Source: Elusimicrobiota bacterium | GTDB taxonomy: Bacteria > Elusimicrobiota > Endomicrobiia > Endomicrobiales > JBDRNC01 | Reading direction: 5' to 3' | DNA: 64,000 nt | NCBI GenBank assembly: GCA_043811535.1 | Contig: JBDRNC010000021.1 | Coordinates: 32,001 to 96,000 of the forward strand | Shown: piece after piece, positions 27,877 to 36,591 of the stretch | Position numbering within the stretch: position 1 is the stretch's first letter | Layout: the number at the start of each line of letters is the position of its first letter | The notes under the pieces: model-generated | Database searches by the model: none | What the model saw: only the letters and a program-made list of their open reading frames with translations | What the model was told of the DNA's origin: nothing | Position numbers and translations under genes: made by a program

Positions 27877-27959
27877 GAGAAACTAGTTTCCCCCTGTCCG
27901 TAAATCCGGATGGGTTTTATTAAAACGAAATGGACCCCACGCCGGGGTCCTTTCGTTTT
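27877..27959 (+). ncRNA. Candidate ~83-nt small RNA
   Basis: Lies between promoter and terminator; palindrome gaaactagtttc, hairpin cctgtccg/cggatggg, then terminator; no ORF. Confidence 0.5.
27922..27959. terminator. Bidirectional Rho-independent terminator
   Basis: AAAACGAAA-T-GGACCCC-acgcc-GGGGTCC-TTTCGTTTT. Confidence 0.85.
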
Positions 27960-27960
27960 G

Positions 27961-28020
27961 TGGTTGAACGGTTTTGCGGTTGAAGTTGTCAACCATTTAG
28001 CAATATAGCAATTTAACAAT
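27961..28020. repeat. Inverted 8-mer element, YGGTTGAA/TTAGCAAT family
   Basis: tggttgaa-cggttttg-cggttgaa; tcaaccat-ttagcaat-atagcaat-ttaacaat abutting the stop at 28020. Confidence 0.8.
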
Positions 28021-31000
28021 TAGTACGCTTTTATATAAAGCGCCTTATATACCGGTGGATAACCTTTGATCATGAAGACCGCGAGTATGGGTTTGTCTCC
28101 GTCTGGGATCAAAGGAACAATGATATTTTCCGAAAGTATTGAACCTTCTGCTGGAAATCCTATTTTCGCGCCTTTTATTATTATCTTATAATCCTTCCCT
28201 ACCGCATTTTTTGAAACACTGATCGTCATTTGAGTTTTTTTGCCCGCTTCGATCTTGCCGTCAATTCGCGTTTCTATGCTGAAATTTCTGTTGAAATCGA
28301 GCGGCACCCATTTCTTATCGCCGGACAGCATTTCGATATTTTGCGAGTAAGATCTGCCCCCTTCATAAGCGATCAGTTTATATTTCTTCTGCGGAATCAG
28401 GATGACAGGTCCGAAAATCCCGTTGGATCTTGTAATCGCTCTGGTGACCGGCCTGCCGTTCTCCCTGATTTCTACGGTGGCGTCCACGACGGGGTTGCCA
28501 TTGGAGAGCACCTTGCCGCTGACCCGGGCCGGGCTGTCTAACAGAGACAGTGCTGCGAAGTACGCGGCGTTGTGCGGGAGCCAGTCTTCGCCGCTGGAAG
28601 GGCCGTCGCCGCGCCATTCAGGCTCGTCCTTCAGGCCCGAACCAACGATTCCGTTTGGTATTATGCCGTTCAGCACAGGTTTGCTGAAATAAGCCGCCAT
28701 GATAGTCGGGTTTTCCGCGCCCGCGCCTATAAGCATGCAGTAATTGAGCGGATTAAGTCCCATCACCCAGCTTGCCTGGTTGTCAGCGAATTCCTCCATG
28801 GAAATGTCGCCGATCAGATATCCCAGTTTCATCCCGACGTAAGCAAGGCCGAGATGATCGCAGTTGAGCCCGTGGTTCGGCGCGGCAGCCATTTCGGCTT
28901 CCGGGCCGGCGAAATAATTCAACAAATATTTGTTATCTGGGGTGTCGGCGGAGATGGGAATTTTGATAACCCTTCCGCTCTCAAGGGTAAATTTGATGTT
29001 CTTTATGTCAAGCAGACCTTTGCCTCCGGATGTTTTTGCCACGGCAATCCAGAAGTTCTTGATGTTTTTGAAGTTAAGCACGTTATTGTTACCCCAGAAA
29101 TATTTCAGTTGTTTCGCTTCAATCTCTTCCGAGATCCAACCGCTCGAAGGCTTAAGTTCGATCCGGTGGCCGAAATTATTTTCATGGTCATCGGACAACT
29201 TTATCTCAAGGTTGTTGGGTGGGCCGGCGTACCTGTAGTCGAAACTGATCGTTTCGAGCCCGGCCAGGTCCATGTTAACGGGCCTTAAGAGCTGGGTCCA
29301 TTCGCCCGAAATGAATTCAAAGGCGAGTCTCATAAATCCGGTTTTGCCTTCCGTCATGGTTTCCAAGATGCCGCTGACGCCGTCCTGTGACATGGCCTGC
29401 CACGCGGCCTGGGGCGTCGCATCGGGTTTCTCGGGTTCAAGCCCGTGAGCGGCCTGCCTGTAAGGAGTTTTTGAAGCGATGCCTTTAAGATAGTTCTCGG
29501 CAAAAACATAGTTGGCATAATAGACGTCGAACCAGAGCGAGTCGTCGGGAGGCAGAATCTCGGCAAGGTTGATAAGCGCGAGATTTATCGCGATGTTGAA
29601 TGAGACGTATTTATACTGAAATCGGAAATCCTTATTCGATCGCGACGTGTAAAAGTCGCCGCAGGAAGTGTTTTCGAAACGCTTAAAGTTAAGGGCCTGC
29701 AGGCTTAGCAGTTTCGGGAGTATTTCATTGACCCTGTGGAGGTATTTCCGGTCGCTGTCATATTTGTAGAGTTCGGTTGCGGCCCAGAGATACGCGCCGT
29801 AATCCCTTGCTTCCGAAAGCGGCTGCTTGTCGAGCCACTGCCACGCCTTTTTGGCCACGGACTCGGCTTTCGAGGCAAGAGCCGCGTCTTTCTTCTTTAC
29901 CGCGGGAATAGCGTTGACTATCGCGACAAGGTTGAACGCCGTCGCGTACAAGTTCTTTTCGGGATATCTTATGCGCGGCAGAAGGTCGTCTTCGGGTTTC
30001 AGCGACCCTATGCGGCTGATGAACTGCTCGTATGTCATTACTTTCTGAAAATCCGCTTCGATGCCGCCCCATGGTATGGTGCCTTCGGAATCGGCGATTT
30101 CGGTGATGAATTTCAGCCCCCATGCCAGTTCCGCGGCGTCGCCCAGGCCGCCTTCCGGAGTTTTATTGACGTGCACCTGTCCGTCCTCGACATATCGGGC
30201 GAGCCCGTAAACCAGGGACGGAATGGACCACATTCTTTTTGATATGTCAAAAAGCGTGTCGTGCCAGCCGCCCATGACAGGATCCTGTTTATGGCATCTG
30301 ATGCCGCAACGCTGGTAGTTAAGGTAGTTGAGCTCATGGACGAGAGTCATCGCTGAAAGTATGTTGTTGTTAATATTGAAATTATACGAATTTCTCTCAA
30401 CCACTCCGTTTTTCGTCCGAAGCTTAACCTTGGCGCAGTATTTGCCCGGGGTATCGGCTCCGGAAAAATCTCCGGTAAGATAAACTCCGGTCCAGTCGGA
30501 AAAATCGTTCTTTTCTAGCTTGCCGGCATATATCGTCTTCCCCGTATACATGTCTTGAACGATGAATTCTCCCGTGAAATCCTTTTCTTTCCCGGCTTCT
30601 GTTATTCGGATGACGAAAAACTTACTGTCTGTCGGATGGTAGCCGACCTGGTTCAGATTTATCTCAAAATTCAGTTTATCCTTTCCTCTGGGCGTGTACG
30701 CGAAAGTGTCGAGCACGACGAAACCCTTCTTCTCCGCGCCGCGGCTGACGGCCAGCCCGAACGACTTGATCTTGCCCATGGTCTGGTCGCCGCCCCACAT
30801 GTAATGCAGTTCCTTGAAAGGGACTTTGAACTGTTTCCACTCTGTTTTTGACGCGCCGATCACGGGTATTTTTGTTCCGTATATGGAGCCGTCCTCATCC
30901 TCGAATTTAATTTCCAGTAATGAGCCGTCTATATCGCCTTTCATGTACCACGTGAATTCCCTGGCCTTTTTGATGTCTATTTCCGCGGGCCTTGAGATTT

Positions 31001-31256
31001 CCACAAAATGGTCTTTTGTAAGATCGTAATCGATTTTTAAGGCGTTTCCTGTCCTGCCGGGGACCGGCGTGACGGTCATCGAAGCGTTTGCGGCCTTATT
31101 CGCCTTGAATTTAGAAACATTTTCAAAATCTTCGAAAACAACGTCAGCAGCATAACAACAGCAATTAGCGATTGGTAATTGGCAATTAGAAAGGACGGAT
31201 ATAGAACAAAATAATCCAAATATCATAAAAATGATTCGAGTAAAATAACGTTTCAT
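28020..31256 (-). CDS. Secreted GH9-like glycoside hydrolase with two CBM11/CIA30-like modules
   Basis: NQVGY Ig-like domain, YQRCG, GGWHD, WVMGLNP..GAG, terminal E-x-W..N; two LEIK(F/L)xD...W beta-sandwich modules. Confidence 0.7.
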   Translation of the reverse strand: MKRYFTRIIFMIFGLFCSISVLSNCQLPIANCCCYAADVVFEDFENVSKFKANKAANASMTVTPVPGRTGNALKIDYDLTKDHFVEISRPAEIDIKKAREFTWYMKGDIDGSLLEIKFEDEDGSIYGTKIPVIGASKTEWKQFKVPFKELHYMWGGDQTMGKIKSFGLAVSRGAEKKGFVVLDTFAYTPRGKDKLNFEINLNQVGYHPTDSKFFVIRITEAGKEKDFTGEFIVQDMYTGKTIYAGKLEKNDFSDWTGVYLTGDFSGADTPGKYCAKVKLRTKNGVVERNSYNFNINNNILSAMTLVHELNYLNYQRCGIRCHKQDPVMGGWHDTLFDISKRMWSIPSLVYGLARYVEDGQVHVNKTPEGGLGDAAELAWGLKFITEIADSEGTIPWGGIEADFQKVMTYEQFISRIGSLKPEDDLLPRIRYPEKNLYATAFNLVAIVNAIPAVKKKDAALASKAESVAKKAWQWLDKQPLSEARDYGAYLWAATELYKYDSDRKYLHRVNEILPKLLSLQALNFKRFENTSCGDFYTSRSNKDFRFQYKYVSFNIAINLALINLAEILPPDDSLWFDVYYANYVFAENYLKGIASKTPYRQAAHGLEPEKPDATPQAAWQAMSQDGVSGILETMTEGKTGFMRLAFEFISGEWTQLLRPVNMDLAGLETISFDYRYAGPPNNLEIKLSDDHENNFGHRIELKPSSGWISEEIEAKQLKYFWGNNNVLNFKNIKNFWIAVAKTSGGKGLLDIKNIKFTLESGRVIKIPISADTPDNKYLLNYFAGPEAEMAAAPNHGLNCDHLGLAYVGMKLGYLIGDISMEEFADNQASWVMGLNPLNYCMLIGAGAENPTIMAAYFSKPVLNGIIPNGIVGSGLKDEPEWRGDGPSSGEDWLPHNAAYFAALSLLDSPARVSGKVLSNGNPVVDATVEIRENGRPVTRAITRSNGIFGPVILIPQKKYKLIAYEGGRSYSQNIEMLSGDKKWVPLDFNRNFSIETRIDGKIEAGKKTQMTISVSKNAVGKDYKIIIKGAKIGFPAEGSILSENIIVPLIPDGDKPILAVFMIKGYPPVYKALYIKAY

Positions 31257-31316
31257 AGATTATTCCTTTAAATATCAGAATGTATACTAATTGCTGATTG
31301 CTAATTGCAAATTGCT
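31161..31316. repeat. Inverted 7-mer element, GCAATTN family, straddling the start of the GH9-like gene
   Basis: gcaatta-gcgattg-gtaattg-gcaatta (31161-31188, coding) and ctaattg-ctgattg-ctaattg-caaattg (31287-31314). Confidence 0.85.
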
Positions 31317-31320
31317 GTAG

Positions 31321-33399
31321 TTAAAATCCTTCTTCTTCATCAGCAGAAATCGGTTTTACCGTCGAAACCGCCTGTTCGTAGTAATCCTTGGGTTCCGTTC
31401 CCTTAGCGAAAGATTCAAGATAAGCTCCGGGTGTTTTGCTGAGCGCCAGGAGCCCGGTCTGCGGATCTATCAGGCTGAAAATAATTCCATCGGGCGGAGT
31501 AAAGTTAAGCGCGGGCTGGCCGGCCAGCGCGCCTTTCATGAAATCGGTCCAGATGGGGCATGATATGCGGCCGCCGGTCATCTTATTACCGAGCCATAAC
31601 CTGTCGTCGTAGCCGACCCAGACTCCGGCGACCAGCTGGGGGGTGTATCCTAGGTACCACGCGTCGGTGAAGTCGTTTGTTGTCCCGGTCTTGCCGGCGC
31701 AAGGGCGGCCGAGCGAAAGCGCCGCCATCCCCGTTCCGCGCTGAACGACTCCCTGGAGCAGGTGAGTCATTATGAAACATGTCTGCGGCGAAAGTACGGC
31801 TTCTTCAAGAGGCTGATTTTCTTCGAGTATTCTTCCGTCCTTGTCTTCTATGCGGACTACCGCGTACGGCTGTGTCCTTATTCCGCCGGACGCGAGCACG
31901 GACATCGCGCTTACCATTTCCATGAGCGTCACGTCGCTTGAACCAAGCGCGAGTGAGAGCGTGTTCGTAAGCGGGCTTGCTATACCCATCCTGCGCGCGT
32001 AATCTATGGCGCGCATGGGACCTACATCCTGAAGCAGGAGTATCGCGCAAGAGTTAAGGGAATGTTCAAGGGCTGACCTGAGCAGCACTTTTCCGTAATA
32101 TTTTTTGTTATAATTCTCCGGGGCCCATACCTTCATGGGGTCTTTGAGCCAGTCAGGCGGCAGCGTCTCCAGGTAATCCGTGGCGCGTGACGTCAGCCGC
32201 CAGTCGCGGCCGTCGTTTATGTATATCAGCGGGGAATCTTCTATGATAGACGCGGGCGTAAATCCATTCTCTATCGCGGCGGTGTAGATAAAGGGTTTGA
32301 AAGAAGATCCCGGCTGGCGCCTTGCCTGAAGCGCGCGGTTGAACTGGGACTCGCGGAAATCCCTTCCGCCAACGAGCGCCCTGATCCCGCCGGTTTTGGG
32401 GTCTATCGCCACCAGCGAGCCTTGCACCTTTGTGAAAGTGGTTTTTTTCTGTTCAAAATACGATTTTCTTTCCGTGTCGAAGGCCTCAAGGGTCTGTTCA
32501 AGCGCTTTTTCGGCGCTTTCCTGCGCCTTTTTGTCTAATGTAGTGTAAATTGAAAGACCGCCGCGGTAAATGGCGTCGCTGCCGTACTTCGGTTCAAGCT
32601 GGATCCTGATGTATTCTATGAAATACGGGGCAATTGCCGTCGGTATTGCCACTTTCTGGGAATTTATGGGTTCCGTGTTGGCTTTTATCTCTTCTTCGGG
32701 GGTTATGTGTTTGAGCTGCACCATCCTGCGCAGAACGGTCGCCCTTCTCTGGATCGTACGGTCGACATTATTGAACGGAGAGTAATAATTAGGCGCCCTT
32801 GGAAGCCCCGCGAGCATAGCGCACTCGGCCAGCGTCAGGTCTTTAACATGTTTTCCGAAATACATTTTTGACGCCGATTCAACGCCGTAAGCGCCGGAAC
32901 CAAGATAGATCTGGTTAAGGTACAACTGCAGGATCTCTTCCTTGGAAAAATTGCGTTCCAGCTGTATCGTGAGCAGCAGTTCCTTGATTTTACGGTTGAT
33001 CGTGCGCTCAGGAGTGAGAAATATCTGTTTCGCGAGTTGCTGCGTGATGGTGGATCCGCCCTGTGATACGCGGCGCTTTATCAGGTTGTTGACCGAAGCG
33101 CGGAGTATCCCTCGCGGCGAGATTCCCCAGTGCTTGAAAAACTTGTCGTCTTCTATGGCCAGTACCGCGTTCTGGAGGTCTACGGGGATCTCTCTTAGCG
33201 GTATGAAAGTCCGGCGTTCCGTGAAAAGTTCGGTTATCAGCTCGCCTTTGTAGTCATAGATCTTGGTTACGAGGCTTGGCGTGTAGTCTTCAAGCAGATG
33301 AATTGGCGGAAGGCTCATGACCAGCGCGCGTATGTACCCCGCCGCGCTGAAAATCACAAGCAAAATCAATATGGTTTTTAATGTTTTTTTTCGGTCCAT
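31321..33399 (-). CDS. Class A penicillin-binding protein (PBP1A family)
   Basis: EDDKFFKHWG, QGGSTITQQLAK (GT51); SSFK, SLN, KTG transpeptidase motifs. Confidence 0.95.
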   Translation of the reverse strand: MDRKKTLKTILILLVIFSAAGYIRALVMSLPPIHLLEDYTPSLVTKIYDYKGELITELFTERRTFIPLREIPVDLQNAVLAIEDDKFFKHWGISPRGILRASVNNLIKRRVSQGGSTITQQLAKQIFLTPERTINRKIKELLLTIQLERNFSKEEILQLYLNQIYLGSGAYGVESASKMYFGKHVKDLTLAECAMLAGLPRAPNYYSPFNNVDRTIQRRATVLRRMVQLKHITPEEEIKANTEPINSQKVAIPTAIAPYFIEYIRIQLEPKYGSDAIYRGGLSIYTTLDKKAQESAEKALEQTLEAFDTERKSYFEQKKTTFTKVQGSLVAIDPKTGGIRALVGGRDFRESQFNRALQARRQPGSSFKPFIYTAAIENGFTPASIIEDSPLIYINDGRDWRLTSRATDYLETLPPDWLKDPMKVWAPENYNKKYYGKVLLRSALEHSLNSCAILLLQDVGPMRAIDYARRMGIASPLTNTLSLALGSSDVTLMEMVSAMSVLASGGIRTQPYAVVRIEDKDGRILEENQPLEEAVLSPQTCFIMTHLLQGVVQRGTGMAALSLGRPCAGKTGTTNDFTDAWYLGYTPQLVAGVWVGYDDRLWLGNKMTGGRISCPIWTDFMKGALAGQPALNFTPPDGIIFSLIDPQTGLLALSKTPGAYLESFAKGTEPKDYYEQAVSTVKPISADEEEGF

Positions 33400-33408
33400 A
33401 TGAAGACA

Positions 33409-33437
33409 GTTATAAATTATGGGTTTGGAGTTATGAG
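33409..33437. repeat. Degenerate 7-mer arm, GTTATGA-like
   Basis: gttataa-attatgg-gtttgga-gttatga. Confidence 0.45.
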
Positions 33438-33657
33438 CAAGGGCGGTGCATTTACTGCTGTCCCTGAACTCCCCTCTTGATATTGTCTTACGTATTATAA
33501 TAGAAATTCCATCAATTGTAAAGGAAATTTTCGTGTATAGCGTGCAGCGTATCCCCTAAAGAAGGATTTCGATTGATGGAAATAGTTATTAGTCGTAGCG
33601 TTTAGTCAAAGTCATTTTTCCTTATATACTGAACGCTATATGCAGCGCATTTTCATC

Positions 33658-33686
33658 TTGAATATTTCAATATAATGTGCTAAACT
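33658..33686 (+). promoter_or_regulatory. Putative sigma70 promoter of the sugar-phosphate operon
   Basis: TTGAAT-17 bp-TAAACT with TGn extension. Confidence 0.55.
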
Positions 33687-33724
33687 AAAAAAGCAAAAGT
33701 TTCTAAAAAATCTTACCGTTTTAC

Positions 33725-33848
33725 ATGTTTTTATCCCCGAAAGGGGATTTCACCCAAATTTAATAACAACACTTAGTGTGTTCTTATCCCGTCCGCCATG
33801 GCGGAGGGATTTCATATACGGCAATTCAATAAAACACTAAAGGTATTC
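33725..33848 (+). promoter_or_regulatory. Tandem structured 5' leader motif
   Basis: Two units TTATCCC-[loop]-GGGATTTCA-N4/8-AATTYAATAA(C)AACACT. Confidence 0.55.
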
Positions 33849-33861
33849 AAGGAGTCATCTT

Positions 33862-36363
33862 ATGCAAGCAGTAATAATGGCAGGCGGATTCGGAACCCGT
33901 CTAAGGCCTTTAAGCGTCAACATACCCAAACCCATGGTCCCGATGGCCAATCGGCCGATGCTCCATCACATTATTGAACTTCTCAAGAAAAACGATTTCA
34001 CGGACCTTATCATAATGCTTTATTACCAGCCCGAGGTTATCACGGATTATTTCGGCGACGGGTCCAAAATGGGAGTAAAGATACGGTACCTGCGCCCGGA
34101 ATCGGACCTCGGCACCGCTGGGAGCGTGAAATTCGCGGAGAAGTACCTGAAAGATACGTTCCTCGTGATATCGGGCGACGTAATGACCGATTTTGACATA
34201 ACGCAGGCCGTTGAGTATCACAGCGCTAAAAAAGCGATGGCGACGATAGTGCTTACAAGAGTCTCAAACCCGCTCCAGTACGGCGTCGTGATAACCGACA
34301 AGGAACAGAAAATAGAGCGTTTCCTTGAAAAGCCGTCGTGGGGAGAGGTTTTTTCCGACACGATAAATACCGGGATATACGTGCTTGACCCGAAGGTTTT
34401 TGAGCTGATGCCCGAAGGAAAATCTTTTGACTTTTCAAAGGACCTGTACCCTATAATACTTAAGGAAGACAAGGGGCTCTACGGCTACATCGCGGAAGGC
34501 TACTGGAAAGACATCGGCAACCTTGACGAGTACCGGCTAGGGCACTATGACATACTGGATAATAAGGTCAAACTTAATATTGAAGGTAAGACCATTAAAT
34601 ACGAAGGTAAAGAGATAATTGTCGGCGAGGGCAGCCGCATCGAGGAAGGCGTGGAGTTCGACGGCCGGGTGGTCATAGGCGAGAACTGTTTAATAGAAAA
34701 AGGGGTCAAGCTGGGACAGTCCATCATCGGCAATAATGTAAAGATATTTTCGGGCGCCCAGGTAGTACGTTCGGTAATCTGGAACAACGTTGCGGTAGGC
34801 CGCGACGCAAGGCTCAAGGAGACCGTGATTGCCGCAAAGACGCGCATAGGCGACAGGGCGGTCATACAGGTGGGCACCGTCATAGCCGACGAGTGCAAAA
34901 TAGGCGCGGACTCCGTGATCAGGGCGAACATTAAGATATGGCCGCACAAGACGATAGAAGAAGGCGCCACGCTTTCAACAAGCCTGATATGGGGCGAAAA
35001 ATGGAACAAGACGCTTTTCGGCGCTTACGGAATAACGGGGCTCGGAAACACCGAGATAACTCCTGAATTCGCCACGAAAGTCGGTGCCGCCTACGGAGCT
35101 TATCTCGGCAAGGGCGCCTACATTCTGACTTCACGCGACGCCCACAGGGCGAACCGCATGATAAAACGCACGATGATTTCCGGGTTGCTTTCAGCTGGCG
35201 TGAGCGTCGGGGATTTACAGACGATGCCGGTGCCGATCACCCGCTACGCGATGGGCAAGGAAGGCGAAGTCGGCGGAATACACGTCAGGATGTCGCCTTT
35301 CGATCCAAGACTCATAGACATCAAGTTCATTGATTCTAAGGGCGGGGACATATCCATCCAGCAGGAAAAAGCGATAGAACAGCTTTTCATGAGAGAAGAT
35401 TTTAAACGCGCGGGGCTCAATGAGCTTGGCGATATAAGCGTCCCGTCGCGCGCGCAGGAATACTACAAGACGGGATACCTCAAAACAATTGACACGGAAG
35501 CGATACGTTCCGCCGGCATGAAAATAGTGCTGGACTACGCGTATTCATCCGCGTCCATGGTCCTGCCCGCGATAATCGGCGACCTTAACATCGAGATTGT
35601 GGCGCTGAACGCGTTCATAAATCCCGGAAAGATCACAAAGACGGAAAAAGAGTTCAACCACTCGCTTGAGCAGTTGTCCGATATAGTGACAACGCTCAAG
35701 GCGGACTCGGGTTTCCTCATAGATACGGGCGCGGAGAAGCTTTTCATAGTAGACGAGCGCGGCAGGATAGTGTCCGACGACCTTGCGTTGATACTTGTTG
35801 CGGACCTTGTCATGCGCAGTTACGGCAAAGGCACGATCGCCGTTCCCGTGCATGTTTCAACGGTGCTCGAAGAGATAGCCGATAAATACGATGATATAAA
35901 GATAAAACGCACCGCGACAAGCCCGCGGCAGATAATGGAGGCGGCCCGCGAGAAGGACGTGATTTTCGTGGGCGACTGCAACGGCGGATTCATCTTCCCG
36001 GAATTCCAGCCGGCCTTTGACGCGATGTTCGCGATCGGCAAGATTCTCGAAATGATGGCGAAAGAGAAGATACACTTCAACCGGCTGAGCCGCGAGATCC
36101 CGGCGTTTGAAGTCCTCCACAAGAAATTTCCGTGCGCCTGGGATAAAAAGGGCCAGACGATGCGTTGCGCTATAGAGGAAACCAAGGGAAAGAAAACCGA
36201 ACTTATAGATGGCGTAAAGATATTCCTGAAAAAGGGCTGGGTGCTTCTGCTTCCCGACCCGGACGAGGCGTACTTCCACGTCTGGGCGGAATCTGAGGAC
36301 GAAAGAACCGCGAAAGATTTGCTGAAAGAATACGGCGACAAAGTGAAAAAATGGCAAGAATAG
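33862..36363 (+). CDS. Mannose-1-phosphate guanylyltransferase-like NTP transferase, left-handed beta-helix and phosphomannomutase-like fusion
   Basis: MAGGFGTRLRPL...PKP, GTAG, FLEKP, YWKDIG, hexapeptide repeats; PMM-like half lacks SHN and DxDxD. Confidence 0.92.
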   Translation: MQAVIMAGGFGTRLRPLSVNIPKPMVPMANRPMLHHIIELLKKNDFTDLIIMLYYQPEVITDYFGDGSKMGVKIRYLRPESDLGTAGSVKFAEKYLKDTFLVISGDVMTDFDITQAVEYHSAKKAMATIVLTRVSNPLQYGVVITDKEQKIERFLEKPSWGEVFSDTINTGIYVLDPKVFELMPEGKSFDFSKDLYPIILKEDKGLYGYIAEGYWKDIGNLDEYRLGHYDILDNKVKLNIEGKTIKYEGKEIIVGEGSRIEEGVEFDGRVVIGENCLIEKGVKLGQSIIGNNVKIFSGAQVVRSVIWNNVAVGRDARLKETVIAAKTRIGDRAVIQVGTVIADECKIGADSVIRANIKIWPHKTIEEGATLSTSLIWGEKWNKTLFGAYGITGLGNTEITPEFATKVGAAYGAYLGKGAYILTSRDAHRANRMIKRTMISGLLSAGVSVGDLQTMPVPITRYAMGKEGEVGGIHVRMSPFDPRLIDIKFIDSKGGDISIQQEKAIEQLFMREDFKRAGLNELGDISVPSRAQEYYKTGYLKTIDTEAIRSAGMKIVLDYAYSSASMVLPAIIGDLNIEIVALNAFINPGKITKTEKEFNHSLEQLSDIVTTLKADSGFLIDTGAEKLFIVDERGRIVSDDLALILVADLVMRSYGKGTIAVPVHVSTVLEEIADKYDDIKIKRTATSPRQIMEAAREKDVIFVGDCNGGFIFPEFQPAFDAMFAIGKILEMMAKEKIHFNRLSREIPAFEVLHKKFPCAWDKKGQTMRCAIEETKGKKTELIDGVKIFLKKGWVLLLPDPDEAYFHVWAESEDERTAKDLLKEYGDKVKKWQE

Positions 36364-36475
36364 CGCTCGGGAGCAATTCTCCGAAAAACGCCCTCGCAGC
36401 GCTCGGGCTCTCGCACGAGCCCTCCCATAAGTTCAAGTCGGGCTCGTGAGGTTTTCTCCGAATTACTCCCTCGCT
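36362..36475. other. Branched palindromic intergenic element
   Basis: GGGAGCAATTC/GAATTACTCCC outer stem, GAAAA(A)C/GTTTTC, inner GCCC/GGGC and CACGAGCCC/GGGCTCGTG. Confidence 0.65.
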
Positions 36476-36591
36476 TGGCGTGAAAGGCAAGAGGAAAAGT
36501 AATTATATAAATCCGGACTGCTTTGGCAAACTCGTTTGGGAAATTTTGAAAAGTCGGTTAGTTTTTACTGATACGAGATACTGGAGTTAAA

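Noticed and set aside
33507..33650. 10-bp inverted repeat TTCCATCAAT/ATTGATGGAA and faint AGCGTAT-like units
   Set aside because: Too short and degenerate to call; may be a decayed element but cannot be supported.
35000..36363. Degenerate PMM domain fused to the NTP transferase as a novelty
   Set aside because: This fusion with a degenerate mutase half is a familiar architecture, and an intact mutase follows.
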